A DNA stretch of 64,000 nucleotides from an uncultured Chloroflexia bacterium (GCA_963715295.1 CAVQRP010000001.1:398969-462968), one strand, 5' to 3'. Counted from the first letter of the stretch, positions 25,365 to 42,175 are shown. The notes: generated by a model not told the origin, from the sequence alone. Made by a program: numbers and translations.

Positions 25365-26209
25365 GTGGGCGAGATCATCGCCTGCGCCAACCAGAAGGGC
25401 GGAGTCGGGAAGACCACGACCGTGGTCAGCCTCGCTTCGTACTTGGCGCTGGACGGAAAGCGCGTCCTTCTGGTCGACATGGATCCACAGGGCAATGCCA
25501 CGAGCGGAGTCGGGATCGACAAGGACAGTGCCGATGCATCCGTCTACGACGTACTGCTCGGCGATGCCGCACCCGCAGATGCCGTCCAGGCCACCGCAGT
25601 GCAAGGCCTGGACGTGTTGCCCTCCAACCGGAGCCTGGCCGGGGCCGAGGTCGAGTTGGTGCCCAGTGCGGCGCGTGAGCGACGTCTCAAGCGGGTCCTG
25701 GACGGCGTGGAGGATACGTACGACTTCGTCCTCCTCGACTGTCCGCCGTCGCTGGGCCTGCTCACCGTGAACGCGCTGACAGCCGCCGACAGCGTCCTCA
25801 TCCCGCTGCAGTGCGAGTACTACGCGCTCGAGGGACTTGGCCAGCTGATGGCCACGATCGATCTCATCCGCGAGCACCTCAACCCGCGACTGGCGATGAA
25901 GGGAGTCGTGCTGACGATGCACGACGGCCGGACGAGTCTGTCGGCCGACGTCACAGCGGAGGTCCGCCGGCATCTCGGGACGCAGGTCTTCGAGGCGGTC
26001 GTCCCGCGGAGCGTCCGCCTCGCCGAGGCTCCCAGCTACGGCCAGCCGATCGCGGAGTACAGTCCAGGCTCGCGAGGCGCCCTGGCGTATCAGGCCATCG
26101 CCGCCGAGCTGCTGGCGCGGAGCGGGCTCCAGCCCGGCGAGTCACTTCGTTCGGCGCGCGAGCCGATACCAGGCACCACGCAGCGACCACGAAGGGGAGG
26201 TGAGTTGAC
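25365..26209 (+). CDS. parA: Chromosome partitioning ATPase ParA/Soj (3' end uncertain)
   Basis: GTG start, then MGEIIACANQKGGVGKTTT (deviant Walker A), VLLVDMDPQGNATSG and DFVLLDCPPSLG. As written, the frame runs on without a stop into parB. Both other frames have a TGA at 26201..26209 just before the parB ATG. Confidence 0.85.
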
Positions 26210-26210
26210 C

Positions 26211-30018
<3,808 letters not shown>

Positions 30019-30039
30019 TCGCTACACGAGGAGTCGCGC

Positions 30040-32611
<2,572 letters not shown>

Positions 32612-32633
32612 TGGGACAGGCGGGAGCCGTGAG

Positions 32634-33662
32634 GTGACGGCCTTCGGCGAGACGGAAGCTCGGCGGCCCAGCGAGGCGCTGGGCCTGTACACGGGCAACG
32701 CCAATCCCAGGTTGGCTGCCAAGGTGTGCCGCTACCTCGGCGTGGAGATGGGCTCCTCGGAGGTCTTCGAGTTCGCAAACGAGAACATCTTCGTGCGCAT
32801 CGTCGACAACGTGCGCGAGAAGGACGTGTTCCTGCTGCAGCCCACTTGCAAGCCGGTGCAGAAGTCGATCATGGAGCTGCTCATCATGATCGACGCCTTC
32901 AAGCGCGCCAGTGCCGGTCGCATCACCGCGGTCGTGCCGTACTACTCCTACGGCCGCTCCGACAAGAAGGACCAGCCGCGCGTGCCCATCACGGCCCGCC
33001 TCATCGCAGATATGATCAGCGTGGCTGGGGCGGATCGGCTGCTGACGATGGACCTGCACCAGGGACAGATCCAGGGCTTCTTCAACATCCCCGTCGACGA
33101 GCTCACCGCCACGCACATGCTCTCCAACTACTGGAAGCAGAAGGAGTTGGAGAACACGGTCGTCGTCACCGACCTGGGCTTTGCCAAGCGTGCCCGCAAG
33201 TTCGCCGAGCTGGTAGGCGCCCCGCTGGCCATCATCGAGAAGCGACGCGAGGGCAACGACGATCGTGCTGAGGTAGTGAACGTGATCGGCGAGGTGCGCG
33301 ACAAGCGGGCCATCATCGTCGACGACGAGATCGACACCGGCGGCACGCTGGTGGAGACGAGTCGCGCGCTGGAGCGGGAGGGTGCGCTGGAGATCTACGG
33401 CTGTGCCACCCACGGTGTGCTGTCGGATCCTGCCGTCGACCGCATCCGCGATTCTGCCCTGCGCGAGGTCGTCATCACCGACACCATCCCGCAACCGGCA
33501 TCGCACAAGCTCGACAAGATCAAGGTGCTCACCATCGCTCCCCTCATCGGCGAGGCCATCACGCGCATCCATCGGGGTGAATCGGTGGGCGCGCTATTCT
33601 CATCTGAGATCCAGCGCACACAGGCGATGCTGCTCTGGGGCGAGGATGAGGACGAAGCATGA
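32634..33662 (+). CDS. prs: Ribose-phosphate pyrophosphokinase
   Basis: LYTGNANPRLA...VVPYYSYGRSDKKDQPRVPITARL...MDLHQGQIQGFF...AIIVDDEIDTGGTLVETS. I prefer the GTG at 32634 (after the gyrA stop, GGCGGGAG upstream) over the track start at 32550, which overlaps gyrA. Confidence 0.9.
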   Translation: MTAFGETEARRPSEALGLYTGNANPRLAAKVCRYLGVEMGSSEVFEFANENIFVRIVDNVREKDVFLLQPTCKPVQKSIMELLIMIDAFKRASAGRITAVVPYYSYGRSDKKDQPRVPITARLIADMISVAGADRLLTMDLHQGQIQGFFNIPVDELTATHMLSNYWKQKELENTVVVTDLGFAKRARKFAELVGAPLAIIEKRREGNDDRAEVVNVIGEVRDKRAIIVDDEIDTGGTLVETSRALEREGALEIYGCATHGVLSDPAVDRIRDSALREVVITDTIPQPASHKLDKIKVLTIAPLIGEAITRIHRGESVGALFSSEIQRTQAMLLWGEDEDEA

Positions 33663-33934
33663 GCGACGAGGTGGGCAACAAGAACGGCGGCGCGACGGTG
33701 TACCGGCCGGCTCCCGGGGACGGCCTTGAGCCGGTTCCCGCCAAGGGTGGTGACTATCGCGCCGAGCTGCGCTCGCGGCGCTGGAACGCCGCGCCCCTGG
33801 AGAACCCCGAGGTCGAGAAGACCGACCCTCGCATCGCCGTGATCGCCATCGTGCTCCTGGGCGCCATCACGCTCATCGTGCTGGTCGTCGGATACGGCGT
33901 CGTCGACCTGTGGGCCCTGCCAGCCTCGACATGA
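33659..33934 (+). CDS. Hypothetical small single-pass membrane protein
   Basis: A 91-aa ORF whose ATG overlaps the prs stop (ATGA). It has high third-position GC and one C-terminal TM helix, IAVIAIVLLGAITLIVLVVGYGVV. I recognise no family. Confidence 0.45.
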   Translation: MSDEVGNKNGGATVYRPAPGDGLEPVPAKGGDYRAELRSRRWNAAPLENPEVEKTDPRIAVIAIVLLGAITLIVLVVGYGVVDLWALPAST

Positions 33935-34042
33935 GCCGGCCGGCGAGACGCGCCTGCGTGGAAGGACGCTAGCAGCGCTAAACGATCGCGCCGCGCGGCG
34001 ACCCTGATGTCGGGCCAGACGGCTCCGGGGAGGCCAGGCTGT

Positions 34043-37000
34043 TCAGGCAGCCCCGTGGCAACGCTTGAACTTCTTGCCCGAGCCACACCAACAGGGATCG
34101 TTGCGACCGACCTTCTCACCGTCAGGTGGCTGGCTGCTCGATCGCGCCGTGGCGGTGCCGACCGTCTCGTCGCCCTTCTGCAGCTGCACGTTCCTGGGTG
34201 TCTGCGGCTGCAGCCCTGGGATGAGCTGCGCCGTGACGCTCGCGCCACTGGTGGTCGTGGCACTGCCGCCTGACGAGACAGACGGTGTGACCGTGCCGGC
34301 GGACTGTCCCGAGGCGGGCGCCGTCGGCCGTGAGCCACCGTTGCCCGACTTGAGCTTGGCCAGCTGCTCGGGCGTGAGCGTGGGCATGGACGCCGGCTCC
34401 TGTGCCGGCGCGGCCACACGCTGTTGCACGCTGACGCGGAAGATGGTGGAGGCCACCTGATGCTGGATGAAGCCGCGCAGCTCATCGTAGAGGCTGAAGG
34501 CTTCGCGCTTGAACTCCACGAGCGGATCGCGACCGCCGTAGCCGCGCAGGCCGACACCCTTGCGGAAGTCCTCGAGCTCGGTGAGGTGCTCGACCCAGAG
34601 TGTGTCGATGGCACGCAGCAGCACCGCTCGCTCGACCAGGCCCCATGTCTCTTCACCGAACTCCTGTTCACGCTGGTCGAGTCGAGCAGCCGCCTGATCG
34701 GAGACGTAGTCGATGATGTCTTCGCGAGTGTCGAGGTGGTCGAGGGCATCGGCCGAGAACTCGTCGCCGTCGAGGCCCAGCGCGCCAAGGGAATCTGACA
34801 GACCATCGAGGTCCCATTCGGCCTCGACCTCACTCACGTGCGCGGCGATGACGCGCGCCAGCTCCTGGTCCACGAAGGCCAGGACCGTCTCGCTGAGGTC
34901 CTCGTTGTGGAGGACCTTGTCGCGCTCCTCGTAGATGCGCTCGCGCTGCTTGTTGATGACGTCGTCGTACTCGACGATGCGCTTGCGCATGTCGAAGTTG
35001 TAGCCCTCGACGCGGGATTGCGCGTTCTCGACGGTCTTGGAGACCATGCGCGACTCGATGGCGACATCGCCCTCCAGCCCCATCTTCTCCATCAACGCGG
35101 TCACACGTTCATTGGCGAAGCGCTTGAGGAGCGCGTCCTCCAGTGATAGGAAGTAGCGCGAGGAACCCGGGTCTCCCTGGCGGCCGGCGCGACCGCGGAG
35201 CTGATTGTCGATGCGGCGCGCGTCATGGCGCTCGGTGCCGATGATGTGAAGTCCACCGGCGGCCACGACACGCTCATGGTCCTCGTCACACTCGGCCTTG
35301 GCCTCCTCGTAGACCACCTCGTAGACGTCAGGCTCCACTTCGGCAGGGTTCAGACCGCGCTGGTGCAGCTTCTGGCTGGTCAGGCCGGCGGGGTCGCCGC
35401 CGAGCTTGATGTCGGTACCGCGGCCGGCCATGTTGGTGGCGATGGTGACGGCGCCGGTGCGGCCGGCCTGGGCGACGATGGGCGCTTCCTTCTCGTGGAA
35501 CTTGGCATTGAGCACCTCGTGCCTGACGCCGCGGCGCTTGAGCGCGGCCGCCAGCTGCTCGCTCTTCTCGACCGAGGTCGTGCCCACCAGGACGGGGCGG
35601 CCCTCTTCCTGCTTCTCCGCGATCTCCTCGATGACGGCGTTGAACTTGGCCTCCTCATCGCGGAAGACGAAGTCGGCGAAGTCCTCGCGGATCATGGGCA
35701 GGTGCGTCGGGATGGCGCTCACTTCCAGGCCGTAGATCTTGTAGAACTCCTCCTGCTCGGTCATGGCCGTACCGGTCATGCCAGCCAGCTTGTCGTAGAT
35801 GCGGAAGTAGTTCTGGAACGTGACCGTGGCCATGGTCATCGACTCACGCTGGACGCGTACGCCCTCCTTGGCCTCGATGGCCTGGTGCAGGCCCTCCGAC
35901 CAGCGCCGACCCGGCATCTGGCGCCCCGTGAACTCGTCCACGATGACGATCTCGTCGTCCTTGACGATGTAGTCGCGGTCGCGCTTGTAGAGCGCGTGGG
36001 CTCGAAGTGACTGCTCGAAGTGACGCGGCAGCCGCGGGTCCGTCTCGACCCCGTACAGATCGCGGATGTCCAGCATCTTCTCGATCTTGGCGACACCTTC
36101 CTCGGTGGCCGAGACGGCGTGCTCCTTCAGGTCGACGAAGTAGTCGCCACCCTCTTCGGCACCATCGGGACGCGGCTCCAGGCGTGGCACAAGACGTGCG
36201 AACACCTTGTACATGTCACCCGACTCGCCGGCGGCCCCGCTGATGATGAGTGGTGTGCGCGCCTCGTCGATGAGGATGTTGTCGACCTCGTCCACGATGG
36301 CGTAGTGACGCGTGCGTTGCACGCGTTCGGCCAGCTCCTGCACCATGTTGTCGCGCAGGTAGTCGAAGCCGAGCTCATTGTTGGTGGCATAGGTGACGTC
36401 GGCCAGGTAGGCCTCGCGGCGCTCCACCGGACGCAGGCTCAGCAGCTTCTCGTCCCGGGTGGGGTAGTCGGGGTCGTAGATGAAGGCGCTGTCGTGCTGG
36501 ACGATACCCACCGACAGGCCCAGTCCTTCGAAGATGGGACCCATCCACTGCGGGTCGCGTTTGGCCAGGTAGTCGTTGACGGTCACGATGTGTACGCCCC
36601 AGCCGGACATGGCGTTGAGCGCGGCCGCCAGCGGCGCCACGAGGGTCTTGCCCTCGCCGGTCTTCATCTCGGCGATCTTGCCCTGGTGCAGGACGATCGC
36701 GCCGAGCAGCTGGACGTCGAAGGGGCGCATATCCAGCTTGCGGCGGCTGACCTCACGCGCAGCTGCGAAGACGTCCGGCAGCACCTCGTCGAGCGCCTGC
36801 TGCATGCGCGTGGAGTCGGCCTTCTCGCGGGCCTTGCGCAATTCGGCACGACGCTCGCTGTCGTTCGTATGCGCTTCCTCCTCGGAGGGCTCCGAGGCGG
36901 GTGCGGCCTTGCGCACCTCGTCGCGGACGTCTGCCATCTCCGACTTGATCTGGTCGTCGCTGAGCCCGGCATAGTGGGGCTCGAGCTCGTTGATCTGGTC

Positions 37001-37072
37001 GACCAGCGGCTGGAGAGGCTTGAGATTGGATTCTTCGGACGTGCCGACGAGGCGGGAGATGAATCTACGCAT
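34043..37072 (-). CDS. secA: Preprotein translocase ATPase SecA
   Basis: Intact. The conserved start MRRFISRLVG.. maps to the ATG at 37072; the track ORF extends 38 codons further upstream. It has MKTGEGKTLVAPLAA (Walker A), DEVDNILIDEARTPLIISG, and the C-terminal zinc finger CWCGSGKKFKRCHG. Confidence 0.97.
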   Translation of the reverse strand: MRRFISRLVGTSEESNLKPLQPLVDQINELEPHYAGLSDDQIKSEMADVRDEVRKAAPASEPSEEEAHTNDSERRAELRKAREKADSTRMQQALDEVLPDVFAAAREVSRRKLDMRPFDVQLLGAIVLHQGKIAEMKTGEGKTLVAPLAAALNAMSGWGVHIVTVNDYLAKRDPQWMGPIFEGLGLSVGIVQHDSAFIYDPDYPTRDEKLLSLRPVERREAYLADVTYATNNELGFDYLRDNMVQELAERVQRTRHYAIVDEVDNILIDEARTPLIISGAAGESGDMYKVFARLVPRLEPRPDGAEEGGDYFVDLKEHAVSATEEGVAKIEKMLDIRDLYGVETDPRLPRHFEQSLRAHALYKRDRDYIVKDDEIVIVDEFTGRQMPGRRWSEGLHQAIEAKEGVRVQRESMTMATVTFQNYFRIYDKLAGMTGTAMTEQEEFYKIYGLEVSAIPTHLPMIREDFADFVFRDEEAKFNAVIEEIAEKQEEGRPVLVGTTSVEKSEQLAAALKRRGVRHEVLNAKFHEKEAPIVAQAGRTGAVTIATNMAGRGTDIKLGGDPAGLTSQKLHQRGLNPAEVEPDVYEVVYEEAKAECDEDHERVVAAGGLHIIGTERHDARRIDNQLRGRAGRQGDPGSSRYFLSLEDALLKRFANERVTALMEKMGLEGDVAIESRMVSKTVENAQSRVEGYNFDMRKRIVEYDDVINKQRERIYEERDKVLHNEDLSETVLAFVDQELARVIAAHVSEVEAEWDLDGLSDSLGALGLDGDEFSADALDHLDTREDIIDYVSDQAAARLDQREQEFGEETWGLVERAVLLRAIDTLWVEHLTELEDFRKGVGLRGYGGRDPLVEFKREAFSLYDELRGFIQHQVASTIFRVSVQQRVAAPAQEPASMPTLTPEQLAKLKSGNGGSRPTAPASGQSAGTVTPSVSSGGSATTTSGASVTAQLIPGLQPQTPRNVQLQKGDETVGTATARSSSQPPDGEKVGRNDPCWCGSGKKFKRCHGAA

Positions 37073-37286
37073 GCGTGCCCGAGTATAGGGCTCAGGGGCG
37101 CAGGACCTCCGGGACGCGGGTGACAAGGCGGGTATCCACGGAATCTTCGCTGACCCCTTGTGCTCGGGCGCACTCCCTTTGTACACTTGGGCGAAACGCC
37201 GGCGGCCACCCGCCGGCGTCGTCTATATGCGGCCGTTGCAGGGAACGTGCCTTGGCTAACGGACCGATGAGGGAGAGACACATCAA

Positions 37287-37535
37287 GTGAAGCCGTTTTC
37301 GGTTGAGCCCGGAGCCGAGATCGGAGACCAGTCGTTCACGGACCTGATCGCCTGTGAGCGCGACTGCAGGAACTGCAGCTACGCCGCCTGGCTGGACTGC
37401 GATGGCAACTGTGGCGAATGTGTTCACAACGGCTACTGCCCGTGCGTGAACCCAGTGGTCGCGCGCAGCAAGACCGCGCTCAAGATCATCGAGCTGCGGC
37501 CCCTGCTTCTGCAGGACCTGCGCTCGCGACGCTAG
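37287..37535 (+). CDS. Hypothetical 82-aa cysteine-rich protein (8 Cys within 31 residues)
   Basis: GTG start with GAGGGAGAG 9 nt upstream and high GC3. The sequence ...LIACERDCRNCSYAAWLDCDGNCGECVHNGYCPCVNP... is followed by a basic, Leu-rich tail. It lies between the divergent secA and prfB. Confidence 0.45.
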   Translation: MKPFSVEPGAEIGDQSFTDLIACERDCRNCSYAAWLDCDGNCGECVHNGYCPCVNPVVARSKTALKIIELRPLLLQDLRSRR

Positions 37536-37557
37536 AAACTGACGACCCCGACAGCCG

Positions 37558-38671
37558 ATGGACCACACGCTGATCCGTGATCTCGTGTCACGCGTCCATT
37601 CGACGTCGGGGCGTCTTTGACCTCGCCGGCAAGGCACAGGAGCTGAGCGCGCTCGACGAGCTGGCCTCGACGCCCGATTTCTGGAACGACTCCCGCGAAG
37701 CCAAGCGCGTCCTGCGCCGGGCTGATGGCCTGCGCGAGGAGCTGGACGCCTGGAATGGGCTCATCGCTCATGCCGACGACCTCGCCGAGATCTCCGAGCT
37801 GTCCGCGGACACGGGCGACTCGGGCCTCGACGAGGAAGTGGAGGCCGAGTACGCGGCCATCGAGGCCCAGTACCAGCGCATGCGTACGAGCCTGCTGTTC
37901 AGCGGCGACTACGACGACTCTGACGCCTTCGTCAGCATCAGCGCCGGGGCTGGCGGCACCGAGGCCACCGACTGGGCGGAGATGCTGCTGCGCATGTACC
38001 TGCGCTGGTGTGAACGACGGGGTTTCGGCACCGAGATCGTTGATCGGCTGGAAGGGGAGGAGACCGGCATCAAGAGCGCCACGGTCTCCGTCCAGGGCCG
38101 GCGCGCCTACGGCTGGTTGCGTGCCGAGGCGGGCGTCCACCGTCTCGTCCGCATCAGCCCCTACGACTCGCAGAGCCGCCGCCACACCACGTTCGTACAG
38201 GTGGAGGTGCTGCCGGAGGTGGAGGAGGCAGCGGAGATCGAGGAGATCCCCGATGATGACCTGAAGGTCGACACGTACCGCGCACAGGGCGCCGGCGGCC
38301 AGCACGTCAACAAGACCGACTCCGCCGTGCGGCTGACCCACATCCCCACCGGCATCGTGGCCCAGAGCCAGAATGAGCGTTCGCAGCACCAGAACCGCGA
38401 GGCCGCCATGAAGATCCTGCGCGCGCGACTGCTGGAGCGGCGCATCGAGGAGCGCGAGGCGGAGATCCGGGAGCTCAAGGGTGAGCACAAGGATGCCGGC
38501 TGGGGCAACCAGATCCGCTCCTACGTGTTGCACCCGTACCAGATGGTCAAGGACCACCGCACCGATCACGAGACCGGCAACACGACGGCCGTGCTCGATG
38601 GCGACCTGGACGCGTTCATGGTGGCCGAGCTGGAGCGTGTCGCGACCGAGCGGGAGGGCGGCACTGCCTGA
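37558..38671 (+). CDS. prfB: Peptide chain release factor 2, with programmed +1 ribosomal frameshift (37558..37617 joined to 37619..38671)
   Basis: Frame 0 reads ATG..MDHTLIRDLVSRVHSTSGRL and ends at the in-frame TGA within gggg cgt CTT TGA C (37609..37621). The +1 frame continues DLAGKAQELSALDEL... with the SPF motif (SPYDSQSRRHTTF) and the GGQ motif (QGAGGQHVNKTDSAVRLTHIPTG). Confidence 0.9.
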
Positions 38672-38672
38672 G

Positions 38673-39542
38673 TTGCGGGAGGCCACGCTCGCCGACATCC
38701 CGGCCATGCTGGAGGTCTTCTTCCATGCCATGGAGGACCTCGACCAACGCCGAGGCCGACCGCTGCAGGCGCGCAACGCAGCGCCACTCGAGATGCACTT
38801 CGGGCACCTGCTCACGACCGACCCGCGCAGCAGCTACGTGGCCGACGACCGTGGCCGCGTCATCGCCTTCGGCGTGGTCATGCGGCGAGAGCGGGTGGCC
38901 TTCCTGTCGTTCCTGTTCGTGGAACCAGCTTGGCAACGGCGGCGGCTGGGTCGGGCCGTGCTCGACGCCTGTATCAGCGGCGCCGGCGACGTCGACTACA
39001 TCTCCACCTGCGCCGAGGCCGACCAGCCGGTCTCGACCGGGCTCTACGCCTCCGCCGGCCTGGCGCCACGGACGCCCCTGTACCTGCTGCGAGGCACCGT
39101 CGCCGAGCATGCCTTGCCCGACCTGCCAGCCAGCGTCGTGCGTCGGCCGATGGCAGCGCGGGCGGTGGCCAGCCTGGACAGGTCGCTGCTGGGCTACGAG
39201 CGACCCGAGGATCATGCGCTGTGGGCGCAGGAGCGCGACGGCGCCCTCTTCCTCGACCAGGCCGGGATGGTGCTGGGCTACGGCTATGCCCATCGCAGTG
39301 GTCGGCTCGGGCCCGTGGCGGCCCTCGACCCCTCGCACCTGCCGGCGTTCATCGGCTACCTGCTGCGCCTCACGCCCGTGCTCGAGGGTCGCCAGATGGT
39401 CGTGCCGGGCGTCGCTATCGGCGCCTTGCGGCCCCTGCTGCTGGCCGGACTGCGTATCGACACCACGCCCGCCGTCTACTGCTCGCAGGGACCCGGACCG
39501 CGCCTCGACCGCTACTTGCCCATGAGCTACGCGCTGCTGTAG
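38673..39542 (+). CDS. GNAT-family N-acetyltransferase with a C-terminal extension
   Basis: A TTG at 38673 lies just after the prfB stop. MREATLADIPAMLEVFFHAM...IAFGVVMRRERVAFLSFLFVEPAWQRRRLGRAVLDA is an acetyl-CoA binding Q/R-x-x-G-x-G/A-like motif. The start codon choice is tentative. Confidence 0.6.
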   Translation: MREATLADIPAMLEVFFHAMEDLDQRRGRPLQARNAAPLEMHFGHLLTTDPRSSYVADDRGRVIAFGVVMRRERVAFLSFLFVEPAWQRRRLGRAVLDACISGAGDVDYISTCAEADQPVSTGLYASAGLAPRTPLYLLRGTVAEHALPDLPASVVRRPMAARAVASLDRSLLGYERPEDHALWAQERDGALFLDQAGMVLGYGYAHRSGRLGPVAALDPSHLPAFIGYLLRLTPVLEGRQMVVPGVAIGALRPLLLAGLRIDTTPAVYCSQGPGPRLDRYLPMSYALL

Positions 39543-39563
39543 CGGACCAGCACCGGAGACACC

Positions 39564-40397
39564 ATGACCACGAACCTGACCCTCCCCGACACCACCACCG
39601 AGGTCGGCGCTGCCGTCCATACGGCGCTCGCCGCCTGCGATGAGGCCGACGCCATCTCTCTGGCTTCCTTCCGCCGTGCCATCGAGATCCAGACCAAGCC
39701 CGACGCGTCCTTCGTAACGGCCGCGGACACCGCGGTGGAGCGCGCCATCCGCGAACGCATCGCGACACGCTTCCCGGACCACGGTCTGGTGGGTGAGGAA
39801 TACGGGGAGGCGCCCTCGGACAGCGGGCGTCGCTGGATCATCGACCCCATCGACGGGACACACAACTACATGCGCGGGGTGCCCGTGTACGCGACCCTGC
39901 TGGCGCTGGAGATCGACGGCGAGATGGCCGTCGGCGTCGTCAGCGCACCGGCCATGCACCGGCGCTGGTTCAGCTGGCGGGAGGGAGAGGCCTGGGCCGT
40001 CGAGACCGTGCCGGGCGGCTGGGACCCGGCCACGGCGACACGCCTGTCGGTCTCGGCCGTGGAGGACCTGGACGCGACCTCGGTCGTCTACTCGTCGTAT
40101 CCCAGCATCGTCGATTCTGGTTTGGCGCCGGGCTTCGGGTCGCTGCTCGGCAAGGTCTGGCGCGATCGCGGCCTGGGCGACTTCTACGGCTACATGCTGG
40201 TGGCCGAGGGCGCTGCCGAGGTGATGGTCGAATCAGAGCTGAAGCTCTGGGACCTGGCCGGCCCGATGGCGGTGATGCGACACGCCGGTGCGCGCGTGAC
40301 CGATCTGCGAGGCGGCGGGGACATGCCTGCCCGCGGGGTGCTCGCGACCAACGGTCGCCTGCACGAAACCATCCTGGCCGAGCTGTCCTTGCGCTAG
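39564..40397 (+). CDS. Inositol monophosphatase-family phosphatase (possibly histidinol-phosphatase HisN type)
   Basis: Intact 277 aa with the family motifs FVTAADTAVERAI, LVGEE and WIIDPIDGTHNYMRG, plus WDLAGPMAVMRHAG. Confidence 0.8.
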   Translation: MTTNLTLPDTTTEVGAAVHTALAACDEADAISLASFRRAIEIQTKPDASFVTAADTAVERAIRERIATRFPDHGLVGEEYGEAPSDSGRRWIIDPIDGTHNYMRGVPVYATLLALEIDGEMAVGVVSAPAMHRRWFSWREGEAWAVETVPGGWDPATATRLSVSAVEDLDATSVVYSSYPSIVDSGLAPGFGSLLGKVWRDRGLGDFYGYMLVAEGAAEVMVESELKLWDLAGPMAVMRHAGARVTDLRGGGDMPARGVLATNGRLHETILAELSLR

Positions 40398-40426
40398 GTC
40401 CACGCGGAGGGGCGCTGGGGAACCCT

Positions 40427-41275
40427 GTGCTACGCTCCCGGCCGATGAGCGACGCCGTTTCCCGGGCCGTCGCCGGGCCACCCCCAGGAGTACCCCGGCC
40501 CGACCAACTGCCAGCCCCAGGATCGCCGGGGCCGGTACCGCCCGGAGCACCTGTTCCCGGCCAACCCCTGTCTCCGATCGAGAGGCACGACTCGGTGCGC
40601 CTCGAGGGAGTCACCAAGACCTACCCCAACGGCAAGCAGGCCCTGATCGAGGTGGACCTCGTCATCCCGGAAGGTGACTTCATCTTCCTCGTGGGCCCAT
40701 CTGGCGCCGGCAAGTCCACGCTCATCAAGCTGCTCGTTCGTGACGAGAAGGCCAGCGAGGGTCGGGTCGAGGTTGCCGGTCATGACCTCAGCCGGATGAA
40801 GAAGCGAGATGTGCCGCTCCTGCGCCGCCGCATCGGCATCGTCTTCCAGGACTTCCGCCTCCTGCCGCGCAAGACGGTCTACGAGAACGTGGCCTTCGCG
40901 CTGGACGTCACCGGCACGCCGCGCAAGCTGATGGATCCCGCCGTCGAGCGCGCACTGGCTCTCGTCGGCCTGACCGAGCAGGCGCGCCAACGGCCCGACC
41001 AGCTGTCGGGTGGCGAGCAGCAGCGCACAGCCATCGCTCGCGCCATGGTCCACGATCCGCGGCTCATCATCGCTGACGAGCCCACGGGAAACCTCGACCC
41101 GCTCATCTCGTGGGAGATCATCCAGCTGCTGCTGCGCATCAACGAGATGGGCACCACGGTGATGATGGCCACGCATGACGCGGAGGTGGTGACGGCGCTG
41201 CGCCGGCGCGTGGTCGCGCTCGAGGATGGACGCGTCGTACGTGACGAGGTCGGCGGCTACCACCGTGAGTACTAG
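40427..41275 (+). CDS. ftsE: Cell-division ABC transporter ATP-binding protein FtsE, with a Pro-rich N-terminal extension (start uncertain: GTG 40427 or ATG 40445)
   Basis: [10 protein letters not shown] (Walker A), [14 protein letters not shown] (signature) and [12 protein letters not shown] (Walker B). It is followed by ftsX. Confidence 0.9.
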   Translation: MLRSRPMSDAVSRAVAGPPPGVPRPDQLPAPGSPGPVPPGAPVPGQPLSPIERHDSVRLEGVTKTYPNGKQALIEVDLVIPEGDFIFLVGPSGAGKSTLIKLLVRDEKASEGRVEVAGHDLSRMKKRDVPLLRRRIGIVFQDFRLLPRKTVYENVAFALDVTGTPRKLMDPAVERALALVGLTEQARQRPDQLSGGEQQRTAIARAMVHDPRLIIADEPTGNLDPLISWEIIQLLLRINEMGTTVMMATHDAEVVTALRRRVVALEDGRVVRDEVGGYHREY

Positions 41276-41287
41276 GGCCGCGCGCTG

Positions 41288-42175
41288 ATGCACTTCCTGC
41301 GCTTCTCCGTTCGTCAGTCGATCCAGGGCCTGTGGCGAAACCGTGTCATGAACATCGCCGCCACGGTCACGATGATCCTGATGCTGCTGATGCTGGCGGC
41401 GCTGGTGATCCTCATCTCGGGCGTCGAGGCCGGGCTCTCCTACGTCGAATCCAAGGTCGAGGTCCGGGCCGAGCTTCACGACGGCCTGCAGGAAGACATC
41501 GTCCTCGGGTTCCAGGAGCAACTGGCGGGCATGCCGGAGGTGGCCACCGTGAGCTATGTCAGCAAGGAGCAGGCGCTGGCCAACTTCAGCGCTGCGCGCG
41601 CCGAACTAGGCCAGGAGGACATCTCCAACCTGTACACGGAGTTCAACCCCTTCTTCGCCTACTACGCCATCGAGCTGCGCGACCCGCGTGAGTCCCGCGA
41701 GCTGGTCTCCATGCTGGAGGCAGAGACCGGGCTGGTGCGGACGGTGCTGGGCCAGCAGAGCGGCATCGACAAGCTCGTGGGCCTGACCTCGCAGCTGCGC
41801 AACCTGGGCGTGGTCGTGCTGGGTTTCGCCGGCCTGACGGTGCTGCTCATCGTCATCAACAGCATTCGCATGGCGCTCATGGCGCGCTCGCAGGAGATCG
41901 AGATCATGCGCCTGGTGGGGGCGTCCGACCGCTACGTGCGCTGGCCCTTCATCCTCGAAGGTGTCTTCATCGGCCTCACCGGCGCCATCATCACCCTGCT
42001 ACTGCTGCTCGTGGCGTCGCCGCCCATCAGCGACCTCGCCACTGACATCGCCGGGTCTGTGCCGCTCGGCTTCGACCGCTCGCTAACGCTCCAGATCATG
42101 GGCATCGTCCTCGGCGCCGGGCTCGGGCTCGGCGGTGTCGGCGCCTGGATCAGCGTACGCACCTACCTCCGCTAG
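41288..42175 (+). CDS. ftsX: Cell-division permease-like protein FtsX
   Basis: Intact 295 aa. It has an N-terminal TM, an extracellular domain (VSYVSKEQALANF) and three C-terminal TM helices with EIEIMRLVGASDRYVRWPFILEG. Confidence 0.85.
   Translation: MHFLRFSVRQSIQGLWRNRVMNIAATVTMILMLLMLAALVILISGVEAGLSYVESKVEVRAELHDGLQEDIVLGFQEQLAGMPEVATVSYVSKEQALANFSAARAELGQEDISNLYTEFNPFFAYYAIELRDPRESRELVSMLEAETGLVRTVLGQQSGIDKLVGLTSQLRNLGVVVLGFAGLTVLLIVINSIRMALMARSQEIEIMRLVGASDRYVRWPFILEGVFIGLTGAIITLLLLLVASPPISDLATDIAGSVPLGFDRSLTLQIMGIVLGAGLGLGGVGAWISVRTYLR

Noticed and set aside
25221-25973. A 250-aa minus-strand ORF overlapping parA.
   Set aside because: It is antisense to an intact, highly conserved ParA with a Walker A motif, and its composition is typical of an antisense artefact.
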